DNA of 61,480 bases from an uncultured Spirochaetaceae bacterium. Lineage in GTDB: Bacteria; Spirochaetota; Spirochaetia; DSM-27196; SLST01. The position numbers were made by a program, and so were the translations under genes. The stretch covers positions 5,120 to 66,599 of the forward strand of contig CAZICD010000003.1 in assembly GCA_964537725.1 (NCBI GenBank). The letters are read 5' to 3'. The notes below the pieces were generated by a model. The model was not told the origin of the DNA and made no database searches. It saw only the letters and a list, made by a program, of their open reading frames with translations. Of this stretch, positions 1 to 10,028 are shown one piece after another (positions within the stretch are counted from its first letter, which is position 1; each line of letters opens with the position of its first letter).

Positions 1-14
1 CCTGGGCTGATTCC

Positions 15-989
15 TCAGGCCGATGGACGGTCGCCGGTCCCCTCGGGGCCGGCCGACCCGATTTCGTACGGGCGCAGGAAGACGACTTCGGTCGCTTGCT
101 GCGCCATTCTTTTTTCCAGCACCGCAGCAGCCGCCTCCGCGTCGGCGAGCGACGCGAACACCCCGTACAGCGCTCCGCCTCCGCCCGCACCGCTCAGCTT
201 CGCGCCGAGCGCACCGGCGTCGTGAAGCGCGGTGAGCGCCTCGTCGAGCGGCCGTGTGCTCAGCCCGAGCGTTCGCAGGACCGCCTGCGCCTGATCGGCG
301 ATGCGCCCGAGCGCCGCCGCGTCGGGGCAGCTCTCCGGCGTCGCGGCAGCCTCCGAGAGCCTTCCGAGGCGGTGCAGCGAGTGTTCCACCGCCGCGCGGT
401 CGCGCTCGCGCATCGCGCGAATACCGGCGACGAGCTCTGCGGTCGTGCTCGTGCGCGGGATCGCCGCCACGAGCAGCGCCGCCCGCGGCAGGCGAGCCGC
501 TTCGCGGCGGGGGAGCGCCGGCGGGTCGGGGTAGATGATGCTCGCGCCGGGGTAGACCGAGAGCCCCGTGTCGATCCCCGACGGTGTGCCGTGGAAGACG
601 CGCTCGATGCGGTGCGCCTCGGCCCAGAGCGCCTCCCGGTCGAACCCCGTGCCCACGCCAGCAGTGCGCACACCAGCGGTGCCCGCACCTCCGGCGGTGC
701 GTACGAGCGCGGTACAGAACGCCGCCGACGATCCGAAACCCACGCTCATGGGTAGATTCCCCTCGATGCGCAGGCGCCCGCCTGCGGGCGCGCCGTGGAG
801 CTCGGCGAGCGCTCTGCGCACGAGGTCGGACTCGCGCGCCGGCAGCTCGGGGAGCAGCCAACCGTCCTCGCCGGGTTCGACAGAGACCTCCAGGTACGCG
901 TCGAGCCGGAGTCCCACGGCCGGGTGGCCGTAGACCGCGGCGTGCTCGCCGAAGAGCAGCAGCTTCCCGTACCCTCGCGCTACTCCCAT
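15..989 (-). CDS. mvk: mevalonate kinase (GHMP kinase)
   Basis: ORF 15..1361 trimmed to the in-frame ATG at 989, which overlaps the upstream gene stop by 10 nt. Motifs: YGKLLLFGEHAAVYG and NLPMSVGFGSSAA. Confidence 0.9.
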   Translation of the reverse strand: MGVARGYGKLLLFGEHAAVYGHPAVGLRLDAYLEVSVEPGEDGWLLPELPARESDLVRRALAELHGAPAGGRLRIEGNLPMSVGFGSSAAFCTALVRTAGGAGTAGVRTAGVGTGFDREALWAEAHRIERVFHGTPSGIDTGLSVYPGASIIYPDPPALPRREAARLPRAALLVAAIPRTSTTAELVAGIRAMRERDRAAVEHSLHRLGRLSEAAATPESCPDAAALGRIADQAQAVLRTLGLSTRPLDEALTALHDAGALGAKLSGAGGGGALYGVFASLADAEAAAAVLEKRMAQQATEVVFLRPYEIGSAGPEGTGDRPSA

Positions 990-1939
990 CGGACCCCCTC
1001 CTCGGCGAGCGTGACCGCACGGTCCGCCGCGGTTCCGGGCGCGAGGACGACGCCCAGCTCGTCGCCGGCTCCGACGGCCTTGCTCACGCCGTCTTCGCCC
1101 ACCGGCGAGGGCGGCTCCATGCGCGCCGGCACCCCGACGACGTCGCCGAGCTCGAGCGTCAACTGGCGGTAGACGACGAGCGTCTCCCGCGCCTCGTCCC
1201 ACGAACGCGCGGCGGCGAAGCGGTCGACGAGCTCGTTCGAACGGTGGAGGAAACGGTCCGCGGCGCGGGCGTTCGCCTCGCGCCACGCGCGGTAGCGACC
1301 GACCGCGCCGGTCGTCGCCACCGGATCGCGCCCCGCGAAGAGCGAGACGGGTGGGAGCCACGGGAGCTCGACCCTGCGCGCCTGCGGATCCGCGCCGCCG
1401 GTGAAGAGCACGACGCCGCCGAGCGCGCTGACCGCGGTATCGTACCCGCTGCCGCGACCGCCCTGAGCGGCGCGGTGCGCCTCGGTCGCGACGCCTCGCA
1501 CACGATTCCGGTCGGCCGGCGTGCCGTCGAAGCCGCCCCAGAGCGCGGTCAGCGCGACCGCGAGCGAGGCGCTCGACCCGAATCCGCGCTTGCGACCATC
1601 GGCCCGGAAGAACGACGACGTGTCCACCTCAACGCCGTCCGGAGCCGGTCCGAACCGTTCGTGCAGGTAGTCGGCGACGCCTCCGAGGACGCCCCGGTCG
1701 CCGGGCCAGACGACCTCACCGCCGGGCGTCACCCCGCGAACGACAGGACCGCGCCCGCCTTCGCGGGCGACGCGCGTGAGGCTCGCGACCGCGCGTACGT
1801 CGGGGGCAAGCGCGAGGCCGCGGCCTCCCTCTTCGAGCACCGCGTACTCGCCCAGAAGCAGGAGATTCGCCGGGGCACTCACGGCGCGGCCGGCGTGCGC
1901 TCGCTCGCCGTCGTCCGCGCGGGAGGCTTCAGCGCTCAC
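980..1939 (-). CDS. mvaK2: phosphomevalonate kinase (GHMP type)
   Basis: GTG start at 1939. Motifs: NLLLLGEYAVLEEGG, GFGSSASLAVAL, GSGYDTAVS. Sits between mvaD and mvk. Confidence 0.85.
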   Translation of the reverse strand: MSAEASRADDGERAHAGRAVSAPANLLLLGEYAVLEEGGRGLALAPDVRAVASLTRVAREGGRGPVVRGVTPGGEVVWPGDRGVLGGVADYLHERFGPAPDGVEVDTSSFFRADGRKRGFGSSASLAVALTALWGGFDGTPADRNRVRGVATEAHRAAQGGRGSGYDTAVSALGGVVLFTGGADPQARRVELPWLPPVSLFAGRDPVATTGAVGRYRAWREANARAADRFLHRSNELVDRFAAARSWDEARETLVVYRQLTLELGDVVGVPARMEPPSPVGEDGVSKAVGAGDELGVVLAPGTAADRAVTLAEEGVRWE

Positions 1940-2888
1940 CGTGCACCTCCGGCTCGCCGCCCGGCCCCGCGACGATCAGCTCGGCGGCGGGAGCGATCGC
2001 GAGAACGCGCTCGCTTATCTGTGAGACGTGCGCCTGCGTCGTCAGGAGCTTCACCTGCGGGCCGGCGTCCATCGTCTCCCACACCGGCAACCCGTCGGCG
2101 CGCATGGACTCGGCCGCGTGGATCACCGCGACGGTTTCCGGCTGCCAGTAGACGATGGGCGGCTTCGCGGCGAGCATGCTCGCGAACATCAGGAGGTAGC
2201 TCTCGCGCATCGCGGTCCCCAGCGCCTCGAGGTCGCGCGCCTCGAGCGCGGCGAGCCCGCGCTCGAAGAGCGGCTCCGACTCGTCGAGCCACGCGGGGTA
2301 GACCGGTGACGTCTCGCTCGTGCGGTTCATGCCGCTGCGCGAGGAGACCGGCTTCGCCGCCGCGCGCAGAACCACGACGATGACGCGGAGGTCGGGCCAG
2401 TGGTCGGCCGGGAAGGCCGGTTCGGCGTGCTCCGCCCCGCGACGCCAGGTCGTGAACCCCCCGTAGACCGCGCGGCTCGCGCTACCCGAGCCGAGCCTCG
2501 CGAGCGAGGAGAGCTCGCGCCGGTCGAGCGAGGTCTCGTAGAGCGCGTCGAGTCCGAGGGCAAGCGCGGCGAAGCCGCTCGACGAGGAGGCGATGCCCGC
2601 CGCGGTGGGGAAGGAGTTCTCGCTCTCCGCGCGCACGCGGGCGGTGGAGCCGGCGCGGGCGCGCACGAGGTCGATCATGGGGGCGAAGGTCGCTGCCGGT
2701 TGGGGGTGACCTCCCAGCACGACCTCGTCGGCGGCTGCGTGGGGCTGGAGCCGCAGCCTCGTCGTCGTCCGCAGACCCTCCAGCGTCACGGCCAGACTGG
2801 AGGTCGCGGGGAGATTGACGCCCCCGGGCCGCTTCCCCCAGTACTTGATGAGCGCGAGGCTGGGCGAGGCGGATGCGGTGACCGTCAT
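1929..2888 (-). CDS. mvaD: diphosphomevalonate decarboxylase
   Basis: ORF 1929..4175 trimmed to ATG 2888, which forms an ATGA overlap with the mvaA stop. Motifs: LALIKYWGKR and TAAGIASSSSGFAAL. Confidence 0.9.
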   Translation of the reverse strand: MTVTASASPSLALIKYWGKRPGGVNLPATSSLAVTLEGLRTTTRLRLQPHAAADEVVLGGHPQPAATFAPMIDLVRARAGSTARVRAESENSFPTAAGIASSSSGFAALALGLDALYETSLDRRELSSLARLGSGSASRAVYGGFTTWRRGAEHAEPAFPADHWPDLRVIVVVLRAAAKPVSSRSGMNRTSETSPVYPAWLDESEPLFERGLAALEARDLEALGTAMRESYLLMFASMLAAKPPIVYWQPETVAVIHAAESMRADGLPVWETMDAGPQVKLLTTQAHVSQISERVLAIAPAAELIVAGPGGEPEVHGER

Positions 2889-4168
2889 GGCGAGCTCGAC
2901 TCGTCCTTGTCCGGCGCGGCGGCGCGAATCCGGGCGAGGAGGTCGCGTGCGACCTCGGTGCCGTACACGCCGCGCTCGCGCATCGCGTCGACGACCCGCT
3001 CGCGCTCCTCGCCCCGCGCGCCTGCGGCCCAGGCGAGCCGATGCGCGTGGAGCCCCATGTGTCCGCGCTGGATGCCCTCGCTGACGAGCGCGAAGAGCGC
3101 GGCGAAGTTCTGCGCGAGACCCACGCAGACCGCGACGCGCGCGAGATCGACCGCGCCCGGGTTCCCGAGCAATGCGAGCGCGGCGCTCGACGCGGGGTGG
3201 ATCCCGGCGGCACCGCCCACGACGCCCAGCGGGACCGGTATCGCGAGCTCGCCGGACAGCGTATCTCCGTCGAAGCGGTAGCGGGTGAGCGCCCGGTACG
3301 CTCCGTCGCGCGAGGCGTACTCGTGTACCGCCGCCTCGAGCGCGCGGGTATCGTTGCCGGTCGCGAGCGCGAGCGCGGTGACGCCGTTCATGATGCCCTT
3401 GTTGTGCGTGACCGCGCGAAGGTGGTCCTCGCGCGCGATCTCGTTCGCGAGGACGAGCCGCTCGGCGACCTCCCGCCCGTCGCGGCCTCCGCGCGCGAGC
3501 CTGCCGGCGTCGACTGCGAAGCGCGCGGTCGTCACACGCCGGTCGGCCGCGTTCGAGAGGATCGCCATGACGACCTTCCCGCCGGTGATCCGCTCGACCG
3601 GGGCCCGGAGCTGCTCCACCACCGAGTTGACGATATTGGCGCCCATCGCGTCGCGGACGTCGACGTGCACCTGTACGCGCATCGTCTTCGATTGTGTGAG
3701 CCACGCGACGTCCATGCCGCGCCAGCCGCCGCCGCGCTTCTCCATCCGCTCGAGGAGCGGGGCGGCTTCGCGGCGCAGCGCGTCGCGATCGGCGTCGATG
3801 CGCTCGGCCGCCCCGGGCGAAGGATCTTCGACAAAGAGCTGACCGGTCGTGATCGGCTCGCCGGCCTCCGTCGTGAACCCCGAACCGCGACGCACGATGC
3901 TCGCCGCGTAGCCGGCCGCGGCGACGACCGACGGTTCTTCGGTCGCCATGGGCACGTCGTACTCCCTGCCGTCGATCACGAAGCCCGCTGCGATACCGAC
4001 CGGCAGCGCGAGGTAGCCCACCGCGGACTCCACCATGACGTCGGCGAGCTCGACCAGCTCCGTGTCCGAGCCGAAGGCCGCCGGCGCGATCCCGACCAGA
4101 CTTTCCAGCGTCGCACGTCGTTCCTCTATGGGGCTCTTGCGGAAGCTGCGGGGGAGTCCGCCCGTCAC
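2885..4168 (-). CDS. mvaA: class II HMG-CoA reductase
   Basis: GTG at 4168 forms a GTGA overlap with the fni stop. Motifs: ATEEPSVVAAAGYA, DAMGANIVN, THNKGIMNG, GIQRGHMGLHA. Confidence 0.9.
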   Translation of the reverse strand: MTGGLPRSFRKSPIEERRATLESLVGIAPAAFGSDTELVELADVMVESAVGYLALPVGIAAGFVIDGREYDVPMATEEPSVVAAAGYAASIVRRGSGFTTEAGEPITTGQLFVEDPSPGAAERIDADRDALRREAAPLLERMEKRGGGWRGMDVAWLTQSKTMRVQVHVDVRDAMGANIVNSVVEQLRAPVERITGGKVVMAILSNAADRRVTTARFAVDAGRLARGGRDGREVAERLVLANEIAREDHLRAVTHNKGIMNGVTALALATGNDTRALEAAVHEYASRDGAYRALTRYRFDGDTLSGELAIPVPLGVVGGAAGIHPASSAALALLGNPGAVDLARVAVCVGLAQNFAALFALVSEGIQRGHMGLHAHRLAWAAGARGEERERVVDAMRERGVYGTEVARDLLARIRAAAPDKDESSSP

Positions 4169-5289
4169 CGTGCACCTCGCGCGGCAGGCGCCGAGCGCCG
4201 GATCCGGTCGCGAGCGTGCTCCTCGGCGGCGCGGTACCGGTTCGTGAGCTCGGTGAAGGCGGGCGTCTCGATCACGGGAGCCGAGCGGAGCGCGGCGACG
4301 TCGGGCGACCCGGTGAGCGTCATCGCGGTGCGCAGTACCGAGCGAAGCCGCTCGGCGAACGCGAGTCCCGACTCGTAGCCGCCGTCGACGACCGCGCGTA
4401 CGAAGGGCAGCGCGAGCCCGGCGGCCTGCGCGCCCAGCGCGACCGACTTGACGACGTCCATCCCCGTGCGCAGGCCGCCGGAGGCAAGGATTCGGCCCGG
4501 CAGGTCCCGCGTCGCCGCGAGCGCGATCGCGGTAGGGGTCCCCCAGTCGGCGAACTCCGCGGCCACTGCGCGATCGCTCTCGTCCATCCGGTAGCCTTCC
4601 ACGGTCACCCAGTTCGTTCCCCCGCTTCCGGCCACGTCGACGTAGCGCACGCCGCGCTCCACGAGCTCGTGCGTCTCCGCCGCGCCTATGCCGAAGCCGG
4701 TTTCCTTCACGATGACCGGGACCGGTGATTTCTCGCACAGCCGCGCGATGCCGTCGAGCACCCCGTCGAAGTTGCGGTCGCCCTCCGGCTGCGCGAGCTC
4801 CTGTCCGGGGTTGAGGTGCACCGCGATCGCGTCCACCTCGAGGCGGGCGACGAGCTCGGTGAGCCGCGGGAGATCGGGCTCGACGAGCTGGACACCTCCA
4901 ATGTTCGCGAAGACCGGGACGTCCGGCGCGATGCGCTTGAGCATGAAGTGGTCGATGACTTCGGGCTTGCGAAAAAGGATGCGGATGGATCCCATACCCA
5001 CCGGGATCCGGGCCTCCTGCGCAATCCGGGCGAGGATCTTGTTGACGCGGTAGCCTTCCGCGGAGCCGCCGGTCATCGACGAGATGAAGACCGGCATGGA
5101 TACGGTGCGGTCGAGGAAGTCGGTCCTCGTGTCCACCGATTGCTCGTCGATCTCCGGCAGCGAGCGGTGGAGCAGGCGTACGTGCTCGAGCATCGTGGTG
5201 CCACCCTCGACGTCGTAGCGCGACGCGTCGGCGCAGATATCGAGATGCTGCGCCTTTCTCTCGCCTATCGCGTCGTGGTTGCCGCCCAT
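4165..5289 (-). CDS. fni: type 2 (FMN-dependent) isopentenyl-diphosphate delta-isomerase
   Basis: ATG at 5289. Motifs: [24 protein letters not shown]. Confidence 0.9.
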   Translation of the reverse strand: MGGNHDAIGERKAQHLDICADASRYDVEGGTTMLEHVRLLHRSLPEIDEQSVDTRTDFLDRTVSMPVFISSMTGGSAEGYRVNKILARIAQEARIPVGMGSIRILFRKPEVIDHFMLKRIAPDVPVFANIGGVQLVEPDLPRLTELVARLEVDAIAVHLNPGQELAQPEGDRNFDGVLDGIARLCEKSPVPVIVKETGFGIGAAETHELVERGVRYVDVAGSGGTNWVTVEGYRMDESDRAVAAEFADWGTPTAIALAATRDLPGRILASGGLRTGMDVVKSVALGAQAAGLALPFVRAVVDGGYESGLAFAERLRSVLRTAMTLTGSPDVAALRSAPVIETPAFTELTNRYRAAEEHARDRIRRSAPAARGAR

Positions 5290-6584
5290 TCCAGGTTCTT
5301 CTCGCCGACCTTCACGCCGGAGAAGGCGTACTCGCGGTAGCCGTCCTCGCGGATCGACGCGAGGTAGAACTGCTCGGCCGGCAACGTCGTCGCGTTCACG
5401 AGCGACTGGAGCTTCTCCGCGCTGTGCGGCGCGGACAGCCAGGTCTCGTACTCTTCGAGCGACGCGTCGCGTTCGTTGCGGAAGACGGTATCGAGGTCCC
5501 ACTTCTCGATCACCTCGGGAGCGCCCGGTGCGACGCGTCCGGAGAGGATGATCATCGTGTTGCCCGAGCCGTAGGAGGCCATCAGGATCGATTTCCCGAC
5601 GATGTCTCTCCCAAACGTTTGGTAGCGTTCCTTGAGCAAAAAGGCGAGCGCCATGAAGGTACTGGCCGTGTAGAGGTTGCCCACGCGCGTGTTCGGCTCG
5701 AGCGACTGCTCGAATCCGCGTTCGTTGACGAAGTCGGTGAGCTCGTCACCTTCGAGTCCGGTGTACGTGTTCACGAGCCGGCGGAAGGCGCCGAGCGCCA
5801 TCAGCTTGAACGGCACGTGGAAGACGAACATGTCGGTGGAATTGAGCACGTCCGCGGGCGCCATGCCGCGGCGCTTGCAGTGGTCCTCAAAGGCGACTTC
5901 GAGCGCCTCGTTGTAGCACTGCATGGAGTAGGCGCCCTTCACCTTCGCCGTCACCGAGCCGATGGGGCGGAAGAAGTCGTCGACGTCGCGCGAGCACAGA
6001 CCCTGGGTGTCCAGGTCGAGCTCGACGAGCTTCGGGTCGCGCTCGACGAGCAGACTCACGGCCCCGGCACCCTGCGTGATCTCCGCGGTCGAGGGCGCGT
6101 CGTAGCGCGCGATGTCCGAGCTCACGACGAGTCCGCTGTCGTCCTGCGAGCTGCCGGCGAGCAGACCCGCGATGCTCATCATCGCGATCGTGCCTCCCGC
6201 GCACGCGTGCTGCGTCTGGAACGTCATCATCGTCTCCGGCACGTCGACGCCCGAGTTCTGCAGCATGCCTTCGAGGTACGCCGCCACCGGTTTCGACTGG
6301 TCCACGGTCGTCTCCGTCCCCGTGCCGATGTAGCGAAGCCGTCGCGTGCTGTCCGGGTTCCGCCTCAGGAGCGAGTACGACGCCTGCGCCGCGAGCGTCG
6401 CGCTGTCCTCGTACGGCGCAGGAAACCGGATCGCCCCCTGACCGGTCTTCTCGATCGCCCGCTTCAGCCGGCGCTCGAACTTCGGGTCCTCCGCAATGCG
6501 GTGCGCGACAAGCGTGTCGAGTCCCATGCGCGGTGCGGGGACGTATATCTCAAGATCGCTCAGCCCAACCTTTGTTTTCTCCAT
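5265..6584 (-). CDS. mvaS: hydroxymethylglutaryl-CoA synthase
   Basis: Motifs: QHACAGGT (active-site Cys region), FHVPFKLM, GNLYTAST. ATG at 6584 follows a purine-rich GGGGCAGAGAGA stretch. The alternative ATG is 6605, and the ORF track start at 6611 is TTG. Confidence 0.85.
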   Translation of the reverse strand: MEKTKVGLSDLEIYVPAPRMGLDTLVAHRIAEDPKFERRLKRAIEKTGQGAIRFPAPYEDSATLAAQASYSLLRRNPDSTRRLRYIGTGTETTVDQSKPVAAYLEGMLQNSGVDVPETMMTFQTQHACAGGTIAMMSIAGLLAGSSQDDSGLVVSSDIARYDAPSTAEITQGAGAVSLLVERDPKLVELDLDTQGLCSRDVDDFFRPIGSVTAKVKGAYSMQCYNEALEVAFEDHCKRRGMAPADVLNSTDMFVFHVPFKLMALGAFRRLVNTYTGLEGDELTDFVNERGFEQSLEPNTRVGNLYTASTFMALAFLLKERYQTFGRDIVGKSILMASYGSGNTMIILSGRVAPGAPEVIEKWDLDTVFRNERDASLEEYETWLSAPHSAEKLQSLVNATTLPAEQFYLASIREDGYREYAFSGVKVGEKNLEWAATTTR

Positions 6585-6625
6585 CCGTCTCTCTGCCCCA
6601 TACATCAACAATGTTTAGTGCCTCT

Positions 6626-6654
6626 AATATAAGCGTCGGTCCATAGACCGGCAA
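6626..6654 (-). promoter_or_regulatory. candidate sigma70-type promoter for the mevalonate operon (TTGCCG-17-TATATT)
   Basis: On the minus strand, -35 TTGCCG lies at 6654..6649 and -10 TATATT at 6631..6626, with a 17-nt spacer. The region is an AT-richer divergent intergenic stretch. Confidence 0.35.
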
Positions 6655-6670
6655 CGTGAAACCATGCCGG

Positions 6671-6699
6671 TAGACTCGACCTCGTTCGTCCCATAGATT
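6671..6699 (+). promoter_or_regulatory. candidate promoter for mnmA (TAGACT-17-TAGATT) placed for a leaderless transcript
   Basis: The -10-like TAGATT ends 6 nt before the mnmA ATG at 6706. There is no Shine-Dalgarno sequence between them. Confidence 0.3.
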
Positions 6700-6705
6700 A
6701 GCGCT

Positions 6706-7809
6706 ATGCCGTCAGGCACGACCACGACACAGCGCCACGCGGTTCTGCTCTCGGGTGGCGTAGACAGCTCCACGGCGCTCGCCGAGCTCGTCCGCCAGGG
6801 ACTCCCCGTCACCGCATTCTACCTCAAGGTATGGCTTGAAGACGAGCTTGACCACCTCGGTGATTGCCCCTGGGAGGAGGACCTCGCCTACGCCCGCGCG
6901 GTGTGCGAGCGGTTCGACGTCGAGCTTCGGGTCGTGCCGCTGCAGCTCGAGTACTACGAGCGCGTCGTCAGCTATACGCTCGAAGAGCTGCGCTCCGGAC
7001 GCACGCCGAGCCCGGACATCTTCTGCAACGAGCGGATCAAGTTCGGAGCCTTCCTCGACTACCTGCTCGAGCACGAGCGGGACGAGGAGATGAAGATCGC
7101 GACCGGTCACTACGCGCGGATTCTCGACCGAGGCGACCACGTGGAGCTCGGGCGCTCGCCGGATCCCGTGAAGGACCAGACGTACTTCCTGTCGCACCTG
7201 CACCAGGATCAACTGCGACGAATCGCGTTCCCCATCGGCTCGCTCGACAAGGACGAGGTCCGTCGGCGCGCGCACGAGCTGGACCTGCCGAACAAGGATC
7301 GCCGCGACAGCCAGGGCATCTGCTTCCTCGGCCGGATCAGGTATCCCGAGTTCATTCGTCACTACCTGGGTGAGCAGCCCGGGGATATCGTCGAGCTGGA
7401 GACAGGAAGAGTTCTCGGGCCGCACCGCGGGTACTGGTTCCACACGATCGGGCAGCGGACGGGGCTGGGCCTCGGCGGAGGGCCGTGGTACGTCGTCCGC
7501 AAGGATGCGCACGCGAACGTGATCTACGTCTCGCACTCCCGCAACGCGGACGATCGCGCGAAGCGGGCATTCGTCGTGTCTGAGCTCTCGTGGACGTGGC
7601 GCCCTCCCGAGCGCGATCGGCTGCTCGTGAAGATCCGCCACGGGCCCGACCTGCGGGACGCGACGGTGCGATGGATCGACGAGCAGAGGATGGAGGTCAC
7701 GATGGACCGTGCCGATCGCGGGGTCGCCCCGGGACAGTTCGCCGTGTTCTACGACGGTGAGGTCTGCCTCGGGTGCGGCACGATCGCCGACGGCGCGGGT
7801 GGAGCGTAG
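6706..7809 (+). CDS. mnmA: tRNA 2-thiouridine(34) synthase
   Basis: PP-loop motif VLLSGGVDSS and PDIFCNERIKFG. Full-length ORF starting with ATG. Confidence 0.9.
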   Translation: MPSGTTTTQRHAVLLSGGVDSSTALAELVRQGLPVTAFYLKVWLEDELDHLGDCPWEEDLAYARAVCERFDVELRVVPLQLEYYERVVSYTLEELRSGRTPSPDIFCNERIKFGAFLDYLLEHERDEEMKIATGHYARILDRGDHVELGRSPDPVKDQTYFLSHLHQDQLRRIAFPIGSLDKDEVRRRAHELDLPNKDRRDSQGICFLGRIRYPEFIRHYLGEQPGDIVELETGRVLGPHRGYWFHTIGQRTGLGLGGGPWYVVRKDAHANVIYVSHSRNADDRAKRAFVVSELSWTWRPPERDRLLVKIRHGPDLRDATVRWIDEQRMEVTMDRADRGVAPGQFAVFYDGEVCLGCGTIADGAGGA

Positions 7810-7824
7810 CGAACAGGAGGCAGG

Positions 7825-8508
7825 ATGCGCGTCATCGTCATTGAAGATGATCAGAAGATCGGGCAGTTCGTCGCCCGTGGCCTGCGCGAGGCCGGGTTCG
7901 CGGTCGATCTCGTCGAGCAGGCGGAGGAGGCGATCCCCCGTTTCTCCGACGATACCTACGACGCGGCCGTCGTGGACGTGATGCTTCCCGGCATGGACGG
8001 GCTCACCATGATCGAGACCCTTCGCGACCGCGGCATCACCACTCCCATGCTCGTACTCAGCGCCAAGCGTTCGGTGGAGGATCGCGTGCAGGGGTTCACC
8101 AGCGGCGGCGACGACTACCTGACCAAGCCGTTCTCGTTCTCGGAGCTGCTCGTGCGTATCCAGGCGCTCATCCGCCGTTCGAGTCAGAGCAGCGCCCCGA
8201 CACGGCTGGGCGTGGGAGATCTGGAGGTCGACCTGCTCAAGCGAACCGTCCGACGGGGAGAGGTGGAGATCGATCTGCAGCCTCGCGAGTTCTCGCTGCT
8301 CGAGTATCTGCTGCGCAACGTCGACCGCGTGCTGTCCAAGACCATGATCATGGAGCACGTCTGGGACTACGACTTCGACCCGCAGACGAACGTGGTCGAC
8401 GTGCTCGTTTCGCGGCTGCGCAGCAAGGTGGACCGCGAATTCGACGAGAAGCTCATCCATACCGTGCGGGGGGTCGGGTATGTCCTCAAGTCTCCGAGCG
8501 GCGGCTGA
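7825..8508 (+). CDS. OmpR-family response regulator
   Basis: Receiver motif VVDVMLPGMDG and winged-helix C-terminus VRGVGYVLK. AGGAGG lies 5 nt upstream of the ATG. Confidence 0.9.
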   Translation: MRVIVIEDDQKIGQFVARGLREAGFAVDLVEQAEEAIPRFSDDTYDAAVVDVMLPGMDGLTMIETLRDRGITTPMLVLSAKRSVEDRVQGFTSGGDDYLTKPFSFSELLVRIQALIRRSSQSSAPTRLGVGDLEVDLLKRTVRRGEVEIDLQPREFSLLEYLLRNVDRVLSKTMIMEHVWDYDFDPQTNVVDVLVSRLRSKVDREFDEKLIHTVRGVGYVLKSPSGG

Positions 8509-9994
8509 GAACGGGCGGTTCTCCCGCGGGATCGGTCGGTTCTTCCGGCGGATCGATGTCCGGCTCACGCTCTGGTTTTCTGCGATCGTCCTGTTCGCCG
8601 CGCTCCTTCTGTTCGGGTTCACCTTCTTCAGTCTCTACCGGACGCTCCGTTACGAGGACCGGCAGGAGCTGCAGGGACGCGCGCTCGGCTACGTCGTCCG
8701 CTACCGGTCGGCGGTGAGCGAGAGCGCAGGGGTCAACCGGCTCGTGAACCAGCTCAGCAACGACATCCTCACCCCGGCGGGCAACCCGTTCTTCGCCCGG
8801 ATCGCGACCAGCCGCAACGATCAGGTCTTCCTGGGCGTTCCGCTTCGCGACTGGCAGGAGATCGACCTGGGCCGGCTCACTTCGGGCGACGATCCCCACG
8901 ACGAAGGCTTCCTCACGATCGAGGCGCACCGTCTGGGCTACGATCTGGAAGTGCTCGGCGTCCGCCTCTCGGACAGCTACGTGCTGCAGATCGGCAGTGA
9001 CACGAGGGACCGCGTCACCGTGTTGCGCGCCTTCCAGACGAGTTTCCTTTTCACCTTCGTGATCATGCTCGGCGTGAGCCTCGTGGGCGGACTCTTCTTC
9101 GCCTCCCGCTCGCTCCGGCCGCTGCGCGCGCTCAACGCGACCGTCCGTTCCATCATCGAAACCGGCGATCTGGACCGGCGCATCCCCGCCCGCAACTCCA
9201 ACGACGAGCTCGACGACATGATCCGTTCTGCGAACGCGATGCTGGACCGGATTCAGGGACTCGTCACGGGGCTGCGCGACTCGCTGGACGCCGTCGCTCA
9301 TGACCTGCGGACGCCGCTCACCAGGCTGCGCAGCACCGCCGAGCGCGCGCTCAGCGGCGACGGTCTGGAGAGCGCCGGGCCCGGTGCCGGTGCGGTCTAT
9401 CGGGAGGCGCTCAGCGACGCCATGGAGGAGTCCGAACGCATCCTCGGGATGATGAACGCGATGATGGACATCTCGGAGGCGGAGAGCGGTGCGATGCGGC
9501 TCCGCCGTAAGGCGGTAGACCTGCGCCGTCTCGCCGAGGAGGCGGCCGACGTCTACGGCATGGTTGCCGAGGAGTCGGATATGGCGATCGAGGTGCGCAT
9601 CGATGAGCCGCTGCCGGCACGGGCCGACCCCGCTCGGATGCGGCAGGTCATCGGCAACCTCTACGACAACGCGGTCAAGTACGGCGATCGGGGAACGACG
9701 ATCACCGTCAGCGGCGCGGCGGTCGACTCGCAGCCGCCCCGTGTCTCTCTTTCGGTACACAACCAGGGCCCCTCCATCCCCCCGGAGGAGCTCGGGCGGA
9801 TCTGGAACCGGCTCTACCGCGGGGCCGGCGCAGGGGATCGGCGCGACGGTCTGGGGCTCGGGCTCGCGCTGGTACGCGCGATCGTCACCGCGCACGGTGG
9901 GAGCGTCGAGGTTGACAGCGGCATCGGGCGCGGTACGCGGTTCACGATCGAACTCCCCGCCGAATCACAGGCGCCGATTATTACAAAGGTGTAA
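8480..9994 (+). CDS. sensor histidine kinase (two TM segments, HAMP, HisKA, HATPase)
   Basis: H-box AHDLRTPLTRL and G-box GLGLGLALVRAIV. Overlaps the regulator gene by 29 nt. Confidence 0.85.
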   Translation: MSSSLRAAAENGRFSRGIGRFFRRIDVRLTLWFSAIVLFAALLLFGFTFFSLYRTLRYEDRQELQGRALGYVVRYRSAVSESAGVNRLVNQLSNDILTPAGNPFFARIATSRNDQVFLGVPLRDWQEIDLGRLTSGDDPHDEGFLTIEAHRLGYDLEVLGVRLSDSYVLQIGSDTRDRVTVLRAFQTSFLFTFVIMLGVSLVGGLFFASRSLRPLRALNATVRSIIETGDLDRRIPARNSNDELDDMIRSANAMLDRIQGLVTGLRDSLDAVAHDLRTPLTRLRSTAERALSGDGLESAGPGAGAVYREALSDAMEESERILGMMNAMMDISEAESGAMRLRRKAVDLRRLAEEAADVYGMVAEESDMAIEVRIDEPLPARADPARMRQVIGNLYDNAVKYGDRGTTITVSGAAVDSQPPRVSLSVHNQGPSIPPEELGRIWNRLYRGAGAGDRRDGLGLGLALVRAIVTAHGGSVEVDSGIGRGTRFTIELPAESQAPIITKV

Positions 9995-10028
9995 TCTTCC
10001 CGAAAGGTTCCCGCAATCATGCGCGGCT

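Noticed and set aside
584-2383. 599-aa plus-strand ORF across the mevalonate genes
   Set aside because: Extremely Arg/Ala/Pro/Gly-rich with no motifs. It lies antisense to three genes with clear GHMP-kinase signatures. This is a typical high-GC shadow frame.
1929-4175. Apparent 748-aa fusion protein ending in diphosphomevalonate decarboxylase
   Set aside because: The N-terminal 429 codons are an Arg-rich out-of-frame read through mvaA. The real start is the ATG at 2888, overlapping the mvaA stop.
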